DNA of 64,000 bases. Origin: a virus. The notes beneath the pieces are model-generated. The model was given only the letters and a program-made list of their open reading frames with translations, did not search any database and was not told where the DNA came from. A program made the position numbers and the translations under genes. The first letter of the stretch is position 1; the number at the start of each line of letters is the position of its first letter. Below, in pieces: positions 1-7,992 of the stretch. Location of the stretch: positions 1 to 64,000 of the IMG/VR virus record IMGVR_UViG_3300016471_001132; one strand, 5' to 3'.

Positions 1-678
1 CTACCATGCACCAGGCCAAGCAGCATAACGGTTGATGCTTGAATACACACTAACAAGTTTCCGGGCCACTTCACTCTTGCTGGAATCGACATAAAAATAT
101 TGGTTGGCCAACTGGGCGAGATGTTCAAGATGAGGTCTAGGACCCGACCAACGCAGGCTGGCCACTGTGGGCGGACGACCACGCCAGGTAGCGAAGCCAT
201 ATTCCCAGAACCGCTGGATGATATCTTTTCTATTCCGGATGCGTTGGCCAGATTCGAGATCATAAACTCCATAGTGCGATTTCAGCACCAAGGCATGATT
301 ATAGGCGCGGACATGGAGCACGCCTCCTTGCCCACTGACATCAGTAATCATGTCCGGTGCTCTATCATTGTGTTCTTTTGCATATCGCTCATACCATGGA
401 TCTCGAGAAATAGCATGTCTAATAGGTTCCAGATGGTCAGACCCTAAGAACTGAAACTTCTGCCTGTTGATAACCAAATATCGCTGGTTGTATGCCCGAC
501 CCATAATTTTAAGGCGCTCGAGATTGCATGTACTTTCTTCTTGGGCCTGACTCTCAGTGGTGAACATCACCAGCCGGTCGCTATCCTTGGTATGATGGTC
601 GTTGTGCCAACCATAGTTGCGTCGACTAAACCGCTCCCAAGCCTGGTTATAAACCTTGACATTTTCGTTATTCATCAT
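1..678 (-). CDS. hypothetical phage protein (225 aa)
   Basis: Complete ORF (TAG at 1-3) in the minus-strand gene run; no motif recognised. Confidence 0.7.
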   Translation of the reverse strand: MMNNENVKVYNQAWERFSRRNYGWHNDHHTKDSDRLVMFTTESQAQEESTCNLERLKIMGRAYNQRYLVINRQKFQFLGSDHLEPIRHAISRDPWYERYAKEHNDRAPDMITDVSGQGGVLHVRAYNHALVLKSHYGVYDLESGQRIRNRKDIIQRFWEYGFATWRGRPPTVASLRWSGPRPHLEHLAQLANQYFYVDSSKSEVARKLVSVYSSINRYAAWPGAW

Positions 679-902
679 CGATATTGCTCCAATATGTTGC
701 GTACAGATGCAAGATTTTCAGCTGTGAACTCTTCCTGATCCAGGAGTTCAGCAGTGATCATCTGCAACATGGCATAGGCCTGGATCTGCAGGCTACGGGG
801 TAGAGTACCAAACCATTCCAGTATTTCTTCTTGAGTTTCCATGCCCCAGATCTTGTCGCAGAGTTCGACCTGTAGCGGAGTAAGTCCTTGTAATTGGATC
901 AT
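675..902 (-). CDS. hypothetical protein (75 aa)
   Basis: SD-like GAGGAG upstream; ATGA overlap with the next gene. Confidence 0.7.
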   Translation of the reverse strand: MIQLQGLTPLQVELCDKIWGMETQEEILEWFGTLPRSLQIQAYAMLQMITAELLDQEEFTAENLASVRNILEQYR

Positions 903-937
903 GCTATTCTCCTCTGTGTATCAACGATACCAGTGCT

Positions 938-1138
938 TCATTGATCAATTCTAGCCGATTTTGATGTCCGTCGGCTAGACGACTTTGGCATAGGGAAGAA
1001 ATCCACAGTCTTCCAATACCGGTGGAACAGATTGTTGATCACCAGGATGGTCACTGCTATGATCAAGGCGCCGATGCAGGCGAACATGCTGTTGATCATG
1101 AAGTTCACTGCTGATTCTAACATGAGTTCGGATTTCAT
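938..1138 (-). CDS. small membrane protein (66 aa)
   Basis: Hydrophobic stretch FACIGALIIAVTILVI; ATGA overlap with the upstream gene. Confidence 0.65.
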   Translation of the reverse strand: MKSELMLESAVNFMINSMFACIGALIIAVTILVINNLFHRYWKTVDFFPMPKSSSRRTSKSARIDQ

Positions 1139-1392
1139 GCTGTCTCCCGGTTGGTCAATGCGGAAACGATCTGTTCGGCTTCCAGTCGCTTGATTTCAGA
1201 TTCGATCAGCGCCAACTCTTGCTCGCGTTGGGCACGGGGCAGGCTCATGAGCACACGGACATAGGAACTGGATAGCCAACCCGCTTCGTAGGCATAGCCA
1301 CGAGTCTGTTCCACTACTTTACTGAAACGACGCAGGGTCTCGCCCGTGGTCCGGCTTTCCTCAATCCAGCGATGCCAGTTCTGTATCCTCAT
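1135..1392 (-). CDS. hypothetical protein (85 aa)
   Basis: SD GAGGA upstream; tight packing. Confidence 0.7.
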   Translation of the reverse strand: MRIQNWHRWIEESRTTGETLRRFSKVVEQTRGYAYEAGWLSSSYVRVLMSLPRAQREQELALIESEIKRLEAEQIVSALTNRETA

Positions 1393-1395
1393 CTT

Positions 1396-1596
1396 CTATC
1401 CTCGGTAAGCGACCAGGGCTTGCAGGCACTCCCACTGGCCCCAGGTAAATGACAAGACTCTGTCGTTGATGGTCACATCAAAACCTTCACCGTTGTGCCA
1501 CTCTGACACTTCCATGAAGTCATTGTCCTTGGCGGTGTGATCGTAGGGCCGGAGTTCAGTAAACCGGGCCTGGCGTTGGTACACTTCCATTTTCAA
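1396..1596 (-). CDS. hypothetical protein (66 aa)
   Basis: Coupled ORF in the early-gene run. Confidence 0.7.
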   Translation of the reverse strand: MKMEVYQRQARFTELRPYDHTAKDNDFMEVSEWHNGEGFDVTINDRVLSFTWGQWECLQALVAYRG

Positions 1597-1811
1597 CCCC
1601 AGTCCTTCTGGCCAAACGGTGTTTCTTCGTAGCCGGCACAGTAGGCTTCGAACTCCGGGCTGAACTCATCAGTGATCGTGACTTCGGCACTCTGGTAAGT
1701 GGCACCTAAGAAATAGTGTGGGCGAAAAGGGCGACCATACCAAGCGTCGGCTGAACCGCGATCGTAGGCACTGCCATGGCGGGTGTCAAATTGTGTTTTA
1801 GTCATGCTCAT
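1593..1811 (-). CDS. hypothetical phage protein (RHGxxxDRGSAD motif); start revised to MSMTK at 1811
   Basis: ATG at 1811 overlaps the TGA of the upstream microprotein; the motif looks like a common small phage protein. Confidence 0.65.
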   Translation of the reverse strand: MSMTKTQFDTRHGSAYDRGSADAWYGRPFRPHYFLGATYQSAEVTITDEFSPEFEAYCAGYEETPFGQKDWG

Positions 1812-1891
1812 TCTGCTTCCTTCCATGCTCGATCTTGACATTCTTTCCAAGTCCGGGCCAGCCACTCTTGCCATTCTTTTGCTGTCATCAT
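1808..1891 (-). CDS. Trp-rich microprotein (27 aa, MMTAKEWQEWLARTWKECQDRAWKEAE), not in the ORF track
   Basis: Hand translation; ATGA overlaps at both ends; SD GGAG upstream. Confidence 0.45.
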   Translation of the reverse strand: MMTAKEWQEWLARTWKECQDRAWKEAE

Positions 1892-2046
1892 TTCACTTCT
1901 CCTACGAATTTACGATAAAAAGCGATTTCAATCTCCATGGCCCGACAGAACTCCTGTGTGCCGGGCTGGTATCCAAACGCCCTGACATTGGCCTCGCATT
2001 CACGATACAAGGGCATCTCCCGTTTCAGCAGTTCGGGTGCGGTCAC
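1888..2046 (-). CDS. small hypothetical protein (52 aa, GTG start), not in the ORF track
   Basis: Hand translation; GTGA overlap with 2043..2252; fills the gap exactly. Confidence 0.45.
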   Translation of the reverse strand: MTAPELLKREMPLYRECEANVRAFGYQPGTQEFCRAMEIEIAFYRKFVGEVK

Positions 2047-2252
2047 GATTCAACTCCGAAATGTTTCTTGATCTGCTTCGATGCTGCCATGAGAACAGCA
2101 CTATCACCGCCTTCAACATCTTCCAAATCAGTATTAGGAACGATGCGGGCACATTCCCTGACAATCAACTCGGCGAACTTTTCGAATTTTTCAACATCTG
2201 GGTTGGCATAGAACCCAGCCTGTCGGGCAAGTTCTTGTAGTCGTTCGTTCAT
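2043..2252 (-). CDS. hypothetical protein (69 aa)
   Basis: Coupled ORF with SD GGAGG. Confidence 0.7.
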   Translation of the reverse strand: MNERLQELARQAGFYANPDVEKFEKFAELIVRECARIVPNTDLEDVEGGDSAVLMAASKQIKKHFGVES

Positions 2253-2551
2253 GCTGCCTCCAGTTCAAGGACCCGGGCGGGGTACTGGATGGAACCTTCG
2301 TATTCCAGTTGGCTACGCTCGAAGTCTGTGACATAGTCATCGGCCACCAACTCCCAGTCCAGGATGTACTCTTCGGTGAACTCGCCCGAGTATTCGATCT
2401 GGCCACGCACCTGCTCGACCAACAAGCCAGGAGCCTGGGTACAGGGATCTACATTCAGGATGAAGTAGTCTTCGCCGCCCTTGAACTTCCAGTAGGGCTC
2501 CGCCGCTGTGCCGTAGTTTTCACGATATTGTGTGGTGATCAGGATCTTCAT
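2249..2551 (-). CDS. hypothetical protein (100 aa)
   Basis: First gene after the promoter at 2582-2611; SD GGAG. Confidence 0.75.
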   Translation of the reverse strand: MKILITTQYRENYGTAAEPYWKFKGGEDYFILNVDPCTQAPGLLVEQVRGQIEYSGEFTEEYILDWELVADDYVTDFERSQLEYEGSIQYPARVLELEAA

Positions 2552-2581
2552 TTTGGCTCCGTTTTCTTACTGTATGCTTAT

Positions 2582-2611
2582 ATTATAGCCGAAATCGCCT
2601 TTATTGGTCAA
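2582..2611 (-). promoter_or_regulatory. sigma70-like early promoter TTGACC-N18-TATAAT
   Basis: Minus strand TTGACCAATAAAGGCGATTTCGGCTATAAT; near-identical copy at 3217-3246. Confidence 0.75.
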
Positions 2612-2645
2612 CCGTGCAGTTGACAGGCATTTTTTATAAACTGTG

Positions 2646-2744
2646 CTATTTGCCCCTGCTGATCAAAGATATGATTCCCAACACCAACGCTACCACATAG
2701 ATGATCCATGGTGATTGCAGGGGCAAGTCTCCGGGGTTCAGCAT
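2646..2744 (-). CDS. 32-aa single-TM microprotein, not in the ORF track
   Basis: MLNPGDLPLQSPWIIYVVALVLGIISLISRGK; SD AGGAGG; overlaps the upstream stop. Confidence 0.45.
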   Translation of the reverse strand: MLNPGDLPLQSPWIIYVVALVLGIISLISRGK

Positions 2745-2872
2745 ACAACCTCCTGACTAGGATGTTTGGGTCGACGCTGATAATCACGGGCACTGCGATG
2801 CCTGGCACTCTTCATGCGATTGTTCTTGGCCACCCAGTTACGGGCCTTGAGCCTATTTTTTATCTTGGTCAT
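2738..2872 (-). CDS. 44-aa basic microprotein, not in the ORF track
   Basis: MTKIKNRLKARNWVAKNNRMKSARHRSARDYQRRPKHPSQEVVC; ATGA overlap with the GIY-YIG gene. Confidence 0.5.
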   Translation of the reverse strand: MTKIKNRLKARNWVAKNNRMKSARHRSARDYQRRPKHPSQEVVC

Positions 2873-3210
2873 ATTGCTCGCTCTCTGATGTCTGTATTTA
2901 GGTTGGGACGCATCTCACGGATCAGTGCCCGCTCCAATTGATGTGCTTCAGTCTTGCCACGCACCACTGCCACGATAGTGTAGCAGAAGCATTCTGGGCC
3001 ACGCTCGCGCAGAGCCTCGTAAAGTGCCCAGCTCTTGTCTTCACTACGGCTACGATACAGATGCTTGTTCATGCGAGTGCGGACGCTTTTTTGCACGGTG
3101 CTTTCAGTCTTGGCAGTGACGCCAATGTAGAAGTCTGTGCCCGACATGATCTTGTAGATGATGTGGGTACGATCAGTTCGCTTTTTCCGTGTTGTTTTCT
3201 TACTGTCCAT
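2869..3210 (-). CDS. GIY-YIG family nuclease; start revised to MDSKK at 3210
   Basis: HIIYKI...FYIGVT, R..KH, and a C-terminal E...I...P.LN pattern. Confidence 0.7.
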   Translation of the reverse strand: MDSKKTTRKKRTDRTHIIYKIMSGTDFYIGVTAKTESTVQKSVRTRMNKHLYRSRSEDKSWALYEALRERGPECFCYTIVAVVRGKTEAHQLERALIREMRPNLNTDIRERAI

Positions 3211-3216
3211 ACACAT

Positions 3217-3246
3217 ATTATAGCCAAAATGGCCTTTATTGGTCAA
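3217..3246 (-). promoter_or_regulatory. sigma70-like early promoter TTGACC-N18-TATAAT
   Basis: Minus strand TTGACCAATAAAGGCCATTTTGGCTATAAT; ATG 6 nt after the -10 element. Confidence 0.75.
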
Positions 3247-3322
3247 GTAGGGCAGATATGTTAGTTAGTAAGCACTTACCTAGGGAGTTTGGGGTGTTGC
3301 ATAAAAACAACACTGTAGAATT

Positions 3323-3351
3323 ATTTTAGAGAAAAAGAATTTTCTGGTCAA
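3323..3351 (-). promoter_or_regulatory. sigma70-like promoter TTGACC-N17-TAAAAT
   Basis: Minus strand TTGACCAGAAAATTCTTTTTCTCTAAAAT; overlaps the stop of the upstream gene. Confidence 0.5.
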
Positions 3352-3743
3352 CCTAGGCTGTCCAGCCACTTTTGCAAATCGCCATACATGGTGGCCATCA
3401 TTGCTTCGCGACTTCCAAAGAAAATGATGCGCCGAGTTTTCTTACGGGCATTGAAATCCAAATAATAAGGCCACTGTAACTTGCGATCCATGGCCAGTAT
3501 GGCTCGTTTGGTCACGCGACTACGGAACATTTTGGCATCATCAGTTTCGGAAAGATCCAGCTGCCATGACTCCAGTTTCAATACATCATGCATGATATTA
3601 TAACCATGGTGTGTCAGCCGCATGCCGCCTTCACTGCGGATGTTGGCCCACCAGGTTATCATGGCCTGTTCGGCTGTTTCTCTAAAGGGATCAGGTATAT
3701 CAGCCAGCAGGCGCTGGACTATTTCAAGCTTTCGATTTGGCAT
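3348..3743 (-). CDS. hypothetical protein (131 aa); start revised to MPNRK at 3743
   Basis: The longer track start overlaps gene 3724..4032 extensively; SD AGGGG before 3743. Confidence 0.7.
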   Translation of the reverse strand: MPNRKLEIVQRLLADIPDPFRETAEQAMITWWANIRSEGGMRLTHHGYNIMHDVLKLESWQLDLSETDDAKMFRSRVTKRAILAMDRKLQWPYYLDFNARKKTRRIIFFGSREAMMATMYGDLQKWLDSLG

Positions 3744-4032
3744 TGGGGAATATGGTGTCCCCTTGCTTGAGCAACACCACAGAAAACTTGTCTGTCTTGA
3801 ACTGCGTGTTGAGTTTTTTGGCCAGATTGATGGCATGACCAGGATTGCTGAAAGATACTTTTTTATATTTGGGACCGGGATACTGCACAAGAAGATTGGC
3901 CGTTTTGAAGTTGATCGGTCGTCCATCGAAGAACACCGCGTATATACCCTCAGCGGCTAGGACCTGTTCGGTCTTATAGGTGGCTCGATCTGTGGTTTCA
4001 ACCAATACTTGAGGTTTGGGTCTTGACATCAT
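3724..4032 (-). CDS. conserved hypothetical phage protein (MSRPKP...)
   Basis: Strong SD AGGAG; TAAATA motif upstream. Confidence 0.8.
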   Translation of the reverse strand: MMSRPKPQVLVETTDRATYKTEQVLAAEGIYAVFFDGRPINFKTANLLVQYPGPKYKKVSFSNPGHAINLAKKLNTQFKTDKFSVVLLKQGDTIFPNAKSKA

Positions 4033-4038
4033 TAAACT

Positions 4039-4066
4039 CCTACTTTTATTTATCTCATAAAGTAGG
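4039..4066 (-). promoter_or_regulatory. 8-bp hairpin with a TAAATA late-promoter-like motif in its loop, overlapping the SD
   Basis: Minus strand CCTACTTT-ATGAGATAAATA-AAAGTAGG-AG. Confidence 0.55.
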
Positions 4067-4072
4067 TAGTTT

Positions 4073-4279
4073 TTAGAAGGTACCTCCCGATACCTGTATC
4101 TCTTGCACTTCTTCAGAAACTGCCTGAGGTTTGTGACGGGACTGTTCCAGACTCAATAACAATCGAGTGATGTCGGCTTGTAGATCTCGAGCATCATTGA
4201 TAGACAGCACAAGATCTCTCTGCTGTCGATTTTCCGCCTGACGCAATCGATCGATGAAGCGATTGATGTGCTGTGTCAT
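4073..4279 (-). CDS. hypothetical protein (68 aa); start revised to MTQHI at 4279
   Basis: ATGA overlap with 4276..4722. Confidence 0.7.
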   Translation of the reverse strand: MTQHINRFIDRLRQAENRQQRDLVLSINDARDLQADITRLLLSLEQSRHKPQAVSEEVQEIQVSGGTF

Positions 4280-4722
4280 ACCGATTGGGCTTCGGCTTGC
4301 GTGCGGAACGGCCCTTGGTAAGGATATCGTTCCAGCATGATCAGTTTGGGACACTCTACCACTGTCCACGCCCGGCCCTGGCGCACGCGATACCAACCTG
4401 CGGCCAACCACGACTTGCTGCGGCTCTCTCGGGTCCACAGCGGGACCTGATGCCGCACATCATAGATGGCATTGTAAGGTCGATGTGTGGTGGGATAACC
4501 ATAGATCTCATTGCCGGGTTCCGTGACAGGTTCTTGTCGCACGGTCTTCTCAAAATCAATGGCCACTTTGCGCTTGATAGTGGATATGTTTTTGTATCGC
4601 TCTATATGATTATTGATCTTGACTGCGAAGCCGCCGGGTTCTGCCTGGATGTTGCCGATCTTGCGATCTCCATCTTTCAGTATCCAGTACTGATTGGGTA
4701 CCACTGGTTTAGCTACGATCAT
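4276..4722 (-). CDS. hypothetical protein (148 aa)
   Basis: Follows RNase H with a short overlap; SD GGAG. Confidence 0.75.
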   Translation of the reverse strand: MIVAKPVVPNQYWILKDGDRKIGNIQAEPGGFAVKINNHIERYKNISTIKRKVAIDFEKTVRQEPVTEPGNEIYGYPTTHRPYNAIYDVRHQVPLWTRESRSKSWLAAGWYRVRQGRAWTVVECPKLIMLERYPYQGPFRTQAEAQSV

Positions 4723-5716
4723 TCAATACTCCTTGATAGGTTTGATTCAGCCAGCGACTGTACTGTTCGGCTTGATCACTCACACGAGTCAGTTCGTGAC
4801 GACCGCAGAACTTCATGAATCTCACCCCCACTTGACCGATGTCCTTGTGGCTGATTTGCGTCTTGATCGCATCATCTACATAGGTCTTTACTTCGTCCGG
4901 CTGGGCACGGAGATCGACCAAGGCACGATTCCTGTTGTAGTCATCCAACACTCGATGCTCTACTCCGTTGTGATCGGTCCACCGTTGTAGCATCAAGTTG
5001 TTCCATGCGTATCCTTTGGCGGCGCGGTCTGCATAAGCTTCTTGAAGGCCCACTTTGTTCTTAGTACCCTTGGTTCGTACGCCCGGGTAAGCGGAAAAAA
5101 CATTATCACTGGCATCGCCGCGCATGCATTTCTCAAAAAGCAGCCACTCCGGATCAGGAATGGTCTTAGGCTGTTTGGTTTTCTTGTCGATGACTTCTTT
5201 TCCTTTGGCATCGAATATACCTTTGACTGTTATCAGCTCATCAGTGATTCCATTGTACTGGTCCACATTATCTGCCAGCAGTTGGACGAAGTCAGTGTCG
5301 CTGGAAACTATGGTGTGCTGATCTTGGGGATGTAAAGCGATCCAGCGGGCTATGATATCATCGGCTTCTGCGGCCGGGTGCCGGATCACTGAGCAGTTGG
5401 TCTGTTCAGCCAAGTATTTAGTAAACTCGTCATAAGTCTCCCAAAATACCCGATCTTCTTCTTGCTCACTTTCTGTGAGAGCAGCACGAGCAACAGCACG
5501 ATTCTTTTTATAAGGTTCGTAAAAGTCTTTGCGCCAGCTTCTGCCCTCCAGGGCAAATATCACATGATCAGCGTTGAATTTGCGGGCTACTTTGTTCACC
5601 GCACTCAAGGTAATGTGCAGTGCATAGCCCACCTTTTCAGACAAGTCCGAAGCGCGGAAAGCCACATGTCGGGCTCGGAAAAAGGTATTAGCAGTATCGA
5701 TCAGCAGGTAGCGCAT
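4709..5716 (-). CDS. rnh: T4-type RNase H / 5'-3' exonuclease (FEN1-like)
   Basis: LLIDxxN, EADDII, IVSSDTDFVQL and GDASDNV motifs. Confidence 0.9.
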   Translation of the reverse strand: MRYLLIDTANTFFRARHVAFRASDLSEKVGYALHITLSAVNKVARKFNADHVIFALEGRSWRKDFYEPYKKNRAVARAALTESEQEEDRVFWETYDEFTKYLAEQTNCSVIRHPAAEADDIIARWIALHPQDQHTIVSSDTDFVQLLADNVDQYNGITDELITVKGIFDAKGKEVIDKKTKQPKTIPDPEWLLFEKCMRGDASDNVFSAYPGVRTKGTKNKVGLQEAYADRAAKGYAWNNLMLQRWTDHNGVEHRVLDDYNRNRALVDLRAQPDEVKTYVDDAIKTQISHKDIGQVGVRFMKFCGRHELTRVSDQAEQYSRWLNQTYQGVLNDRS

Positions 5717-5719
5717 GGA

Positions 5720-6430
5720 TCATATCAGTTTGTTAGCGACAATATATTGTAACATAAACCGACTCCAAGCACCATGCGCAGATTCACCAAAATGCCAAGA
5801 TTTGGGAGAAACTGTATCATGTCCGTTGTCTTTCAGCCACTGATCATATGTGCTAGTTCCATCATAGGGTCCGATATAACTGGTTCCCCACTGTTTGCGC
5901 TGATTTTCGGGTATTTTACCAAAATGATTGTTGCCATTGAAAAACACATGTTTGATCCCGTGACCGGCCAGTTCCTGATGGAAAGACCAGATCTCGTCGT
6001 GGGCTCGTGTCTGCACTTGGTTCCAATCAATATCTGCGATCCATTCTTTGTACTGCAGTTGATGAGATTCTGGCACCATGTCTATGCCCGATGCATTGAC
6101 CTGATAGTAATCACCATCGATCACCCATTCTTCGCGTTCCCAAGTGCTCCACTGTATGATCATGAATGTGCGACCAAGATCTCGAGGGTGTTGTTCGATC
6201 CAGTGGCGAGTGGTGCGCATGATCCTGGCATTGCTGGCCGCAGATTCTGCATCGCATTTAAAGGTGCATTTCAGTGCATCAGACACTCTCTTGCCCCAAC
6301 TCACTGCGAGATTGTCTGGATGGGGTAATCTGTGTAGATAATTCAGAGCAGGATCATCTTCAGCAAAGGCATACTGGTTGACTGCTTCGGCAGCAGCAGT
6401 ATGGCTGTCGCCATTAACGTACAGTATCAT
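5720..6430 (-). CDS. SGNH/GDSL-like hydrolase
   Basis: N-terminal YVNGDSH, ASN, and C-terminal HFG...H pattern. Confidence 0.6.
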   Translation of the reverse strand: MILYVNGDSHTAAAEAVNQYAFAEDDPALNYLHRLPHPDNLAVSWGKRVSDALKCTFKCDAESAASNARIMRTTRHWIEQHPRDLGRTFMIIQWSTWEREEWVIDGDYYQVNASGIDMVPESHQLQYKEWIADIDWNQVQTRAHDEIWSFHQELAGHGIKHVFFNGNNHFGKIPENQRKQWGTSYIGPYDGTSTYDQWLKDNGHDTVSPKSWHFGESAHGAWSRFMLQYIVANKLI

Positions 6431-6902
6431 CTAAACGCAGTCCCTTTTCGATCTCGGCCTGCACCACTCGCTTGCGTAAGCTCGAACTTGAGAAACTGTG
6501 ATCTCTACCATTGAACACTATCTCGATATCTCGGGTGTCACATTCCTGCCTGCCAGTGAAATGCTTGCCTTCGTATTCCACGCCCAACACACGAACATCA
6601 AGTGGAAGTATCAGCAACAGGTCCACCAAGTCCTGTTCAGTTTGATACACTACCACTTCATCTACATAGCGGCAAGCGGCCAACTGTATCTGGCGTTCCA
6701 CGATGCTTTGCACAGGCTTGTTCTTGGTATCAGGTCTATCAATGGTGGGATCAGTCTGTAAACCACAGATGAGATAGTCGCAATGATTCTTGGCTTCCGA
6801 TAGCATGGCGATGTGACCGGCATGCAGCATGTCAAAGGTACTGAAAGTGATGCCGATCTTTTTTCCCTCGGCTTTGAGTTGCTTGATGTGATTGAATATC
6901 AT
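6414..6902 (-). CDS. cytidylyltransferase (TagD-like, HIGH superfamily)
   Basis: TFDMLHAGH, LICGLQTD, RYVDEV and SSSSLR motifs. Confidence 0.85.
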   Translation of the reverse strand: MIFNHIKQLKAEGKKIGITFSTFDMLHAGHIAMLSEAKNHCDYLICGLQTDPTIDRPDTKNKPVQSIVERQIQLAACRYVDEVVVYQTEQDLVDLLLILPLDVRVLGVEYEGKHFTGRQECDTRDIEIVFNGRDHSFSSSSLRKRVVQAEIEKGLRLDDTVR

Positions 6903-7600
6903 TTAATTTTATCCAATAAAAAATTCGCAAATTTTTGGTGACCTTTGTTTGACAAATGCCCTGTTTTTTGATCGCATTCTGTATCATTGATTCCTGCCCA
7001 TTGAGGTATACAGAATGAGTCGAGATTGTATATGTTAGGATCGGCTATCACTTGTTGCACAAAAGAAAAATCACGCAAGGCCGGAAAACCTTGTATAGGA
7101 AAGTCTTGATTGTTGGCTGCGGAAAAAAATAGATAAGATATCTTCTCATACTTAAACAGGGTAGATAAAAGAAAAAGATGTAGATACCAATCGATAATTT
7201 TTTTATCTATAGTATCAACTGCAGTCAGGAAGTCTTTGGTATTGGGTGATATTTCATCATCTGGTATCCAATTCATCGATAAAAATCTCAATTGACTGCC
7301 GTTACTAAATTGATCGGGCGCACGAGAGATGACTTTTTCATTGCTGCCATGATACCAAACTTCGATTCTATGTAAAAAACTCCATCCAATAATCACCAGT
7401 GGATTTTTATATTGTGATTTCAACTTGTTGATTGTATGTACAGTGCTCCGCAGGATTCGGTCGTTGGGACTGCCAGTAACGGCGATATTGAATAATGGCA
7501 CGTCGAAATGATTAGCTAGATATTCTGCGTAAACTGGAAATTTGACATCGGGAGCCGAATAACTGTCACCATTGACTATCAGACAATCGATATCTTTCAC
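6899..7600 (-). CDS. second SGNH/GDSL-like hydrolase, low GC; start revised to GTG at 7600
   Basis: LIVNGDSYS, NIAVTGSPNDRI and GHLSNKGH motifs; GTGA overlap with the upstream stop. Confidence 0.6.
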   Translation of the reverse strand: MKDIDCLIVNGDSYSAPDVKFPVYAEYLANHFDVPLFNIAVTGSPNDRILRSTVHTINKLKSQYKNPLVIIGWSFLHRIEVWYHGSNEKVISRAPDQFSNGSQLRFLSMNWIPDDEISPNTKDFLTAVDTIDKKIIDWYLHLFLLSTLFKYEKISYLFFSAANNQDFPIQGFPALRDFSFVQQVIADPNIYNLDSFCIPQWAGINDTECDQKTGHLSNKGHQKFANFLLDKIK

Positions 7601-7983
7601 GAAACCTCTCTTCGACCACCGCCGATATCTCGGCTCTGTGTATAGCGTACCGTGGGATTCATGGCCTGTTCCTGTTCCCAAGTCTCCATGACCACGTGCC
7701 TACACACATTCTGGAACCAACGATCCACTATTTCTGCATCTGTGTCGTCTTTTTTCAGCATGTAGCCAGCCTTGATCAACCTGGTCACGAACAATGTGTT
7801 CCAGTCAAGTTCGAAACTGCCTTCATGCATGCTGTCAGGATTGACATCTATGCTGAGTATGGCCACATAAGGTTCACCCTTTTCTGTAGCGATGTCTTTG
7901 GCTGATTTCTTTGCTTTTTCTGGTTTTTCTTTGGGTTCAGCTGGTTTCTCTGGTTTTTTCTTGAATCTATCAAACAGTCCCAT
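7597..7983 (-). CDS. conserved hypothetical phage protein (128 aa)
   Basis: SD AGGAG; Lys/Pro-rich N-terminus; ELDWN..F motif. Confidence 0.75.
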   Translation of the reverse strand: MGLFDRFKKKPEKPAEPKEKPEKAKKSAKDIATEKGEPYVAILSIDVNPDSMHEGSFELDWNTLFVTRLIKAGYMLKKDDTDAEIVDRWFQNVCRHVVMETWEQEQAMNPTVRYTQSRDIGGGRREVS

Positions 7984-7992
7984 GATTTCTCC

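Noticed and set aside
2608-2808. 66-aa ORF from the track
   Set aside because: It overlaps the promoter and two better-supported coupled micro-ORFs (2738..2872 and 2646..2744), and has no SD.
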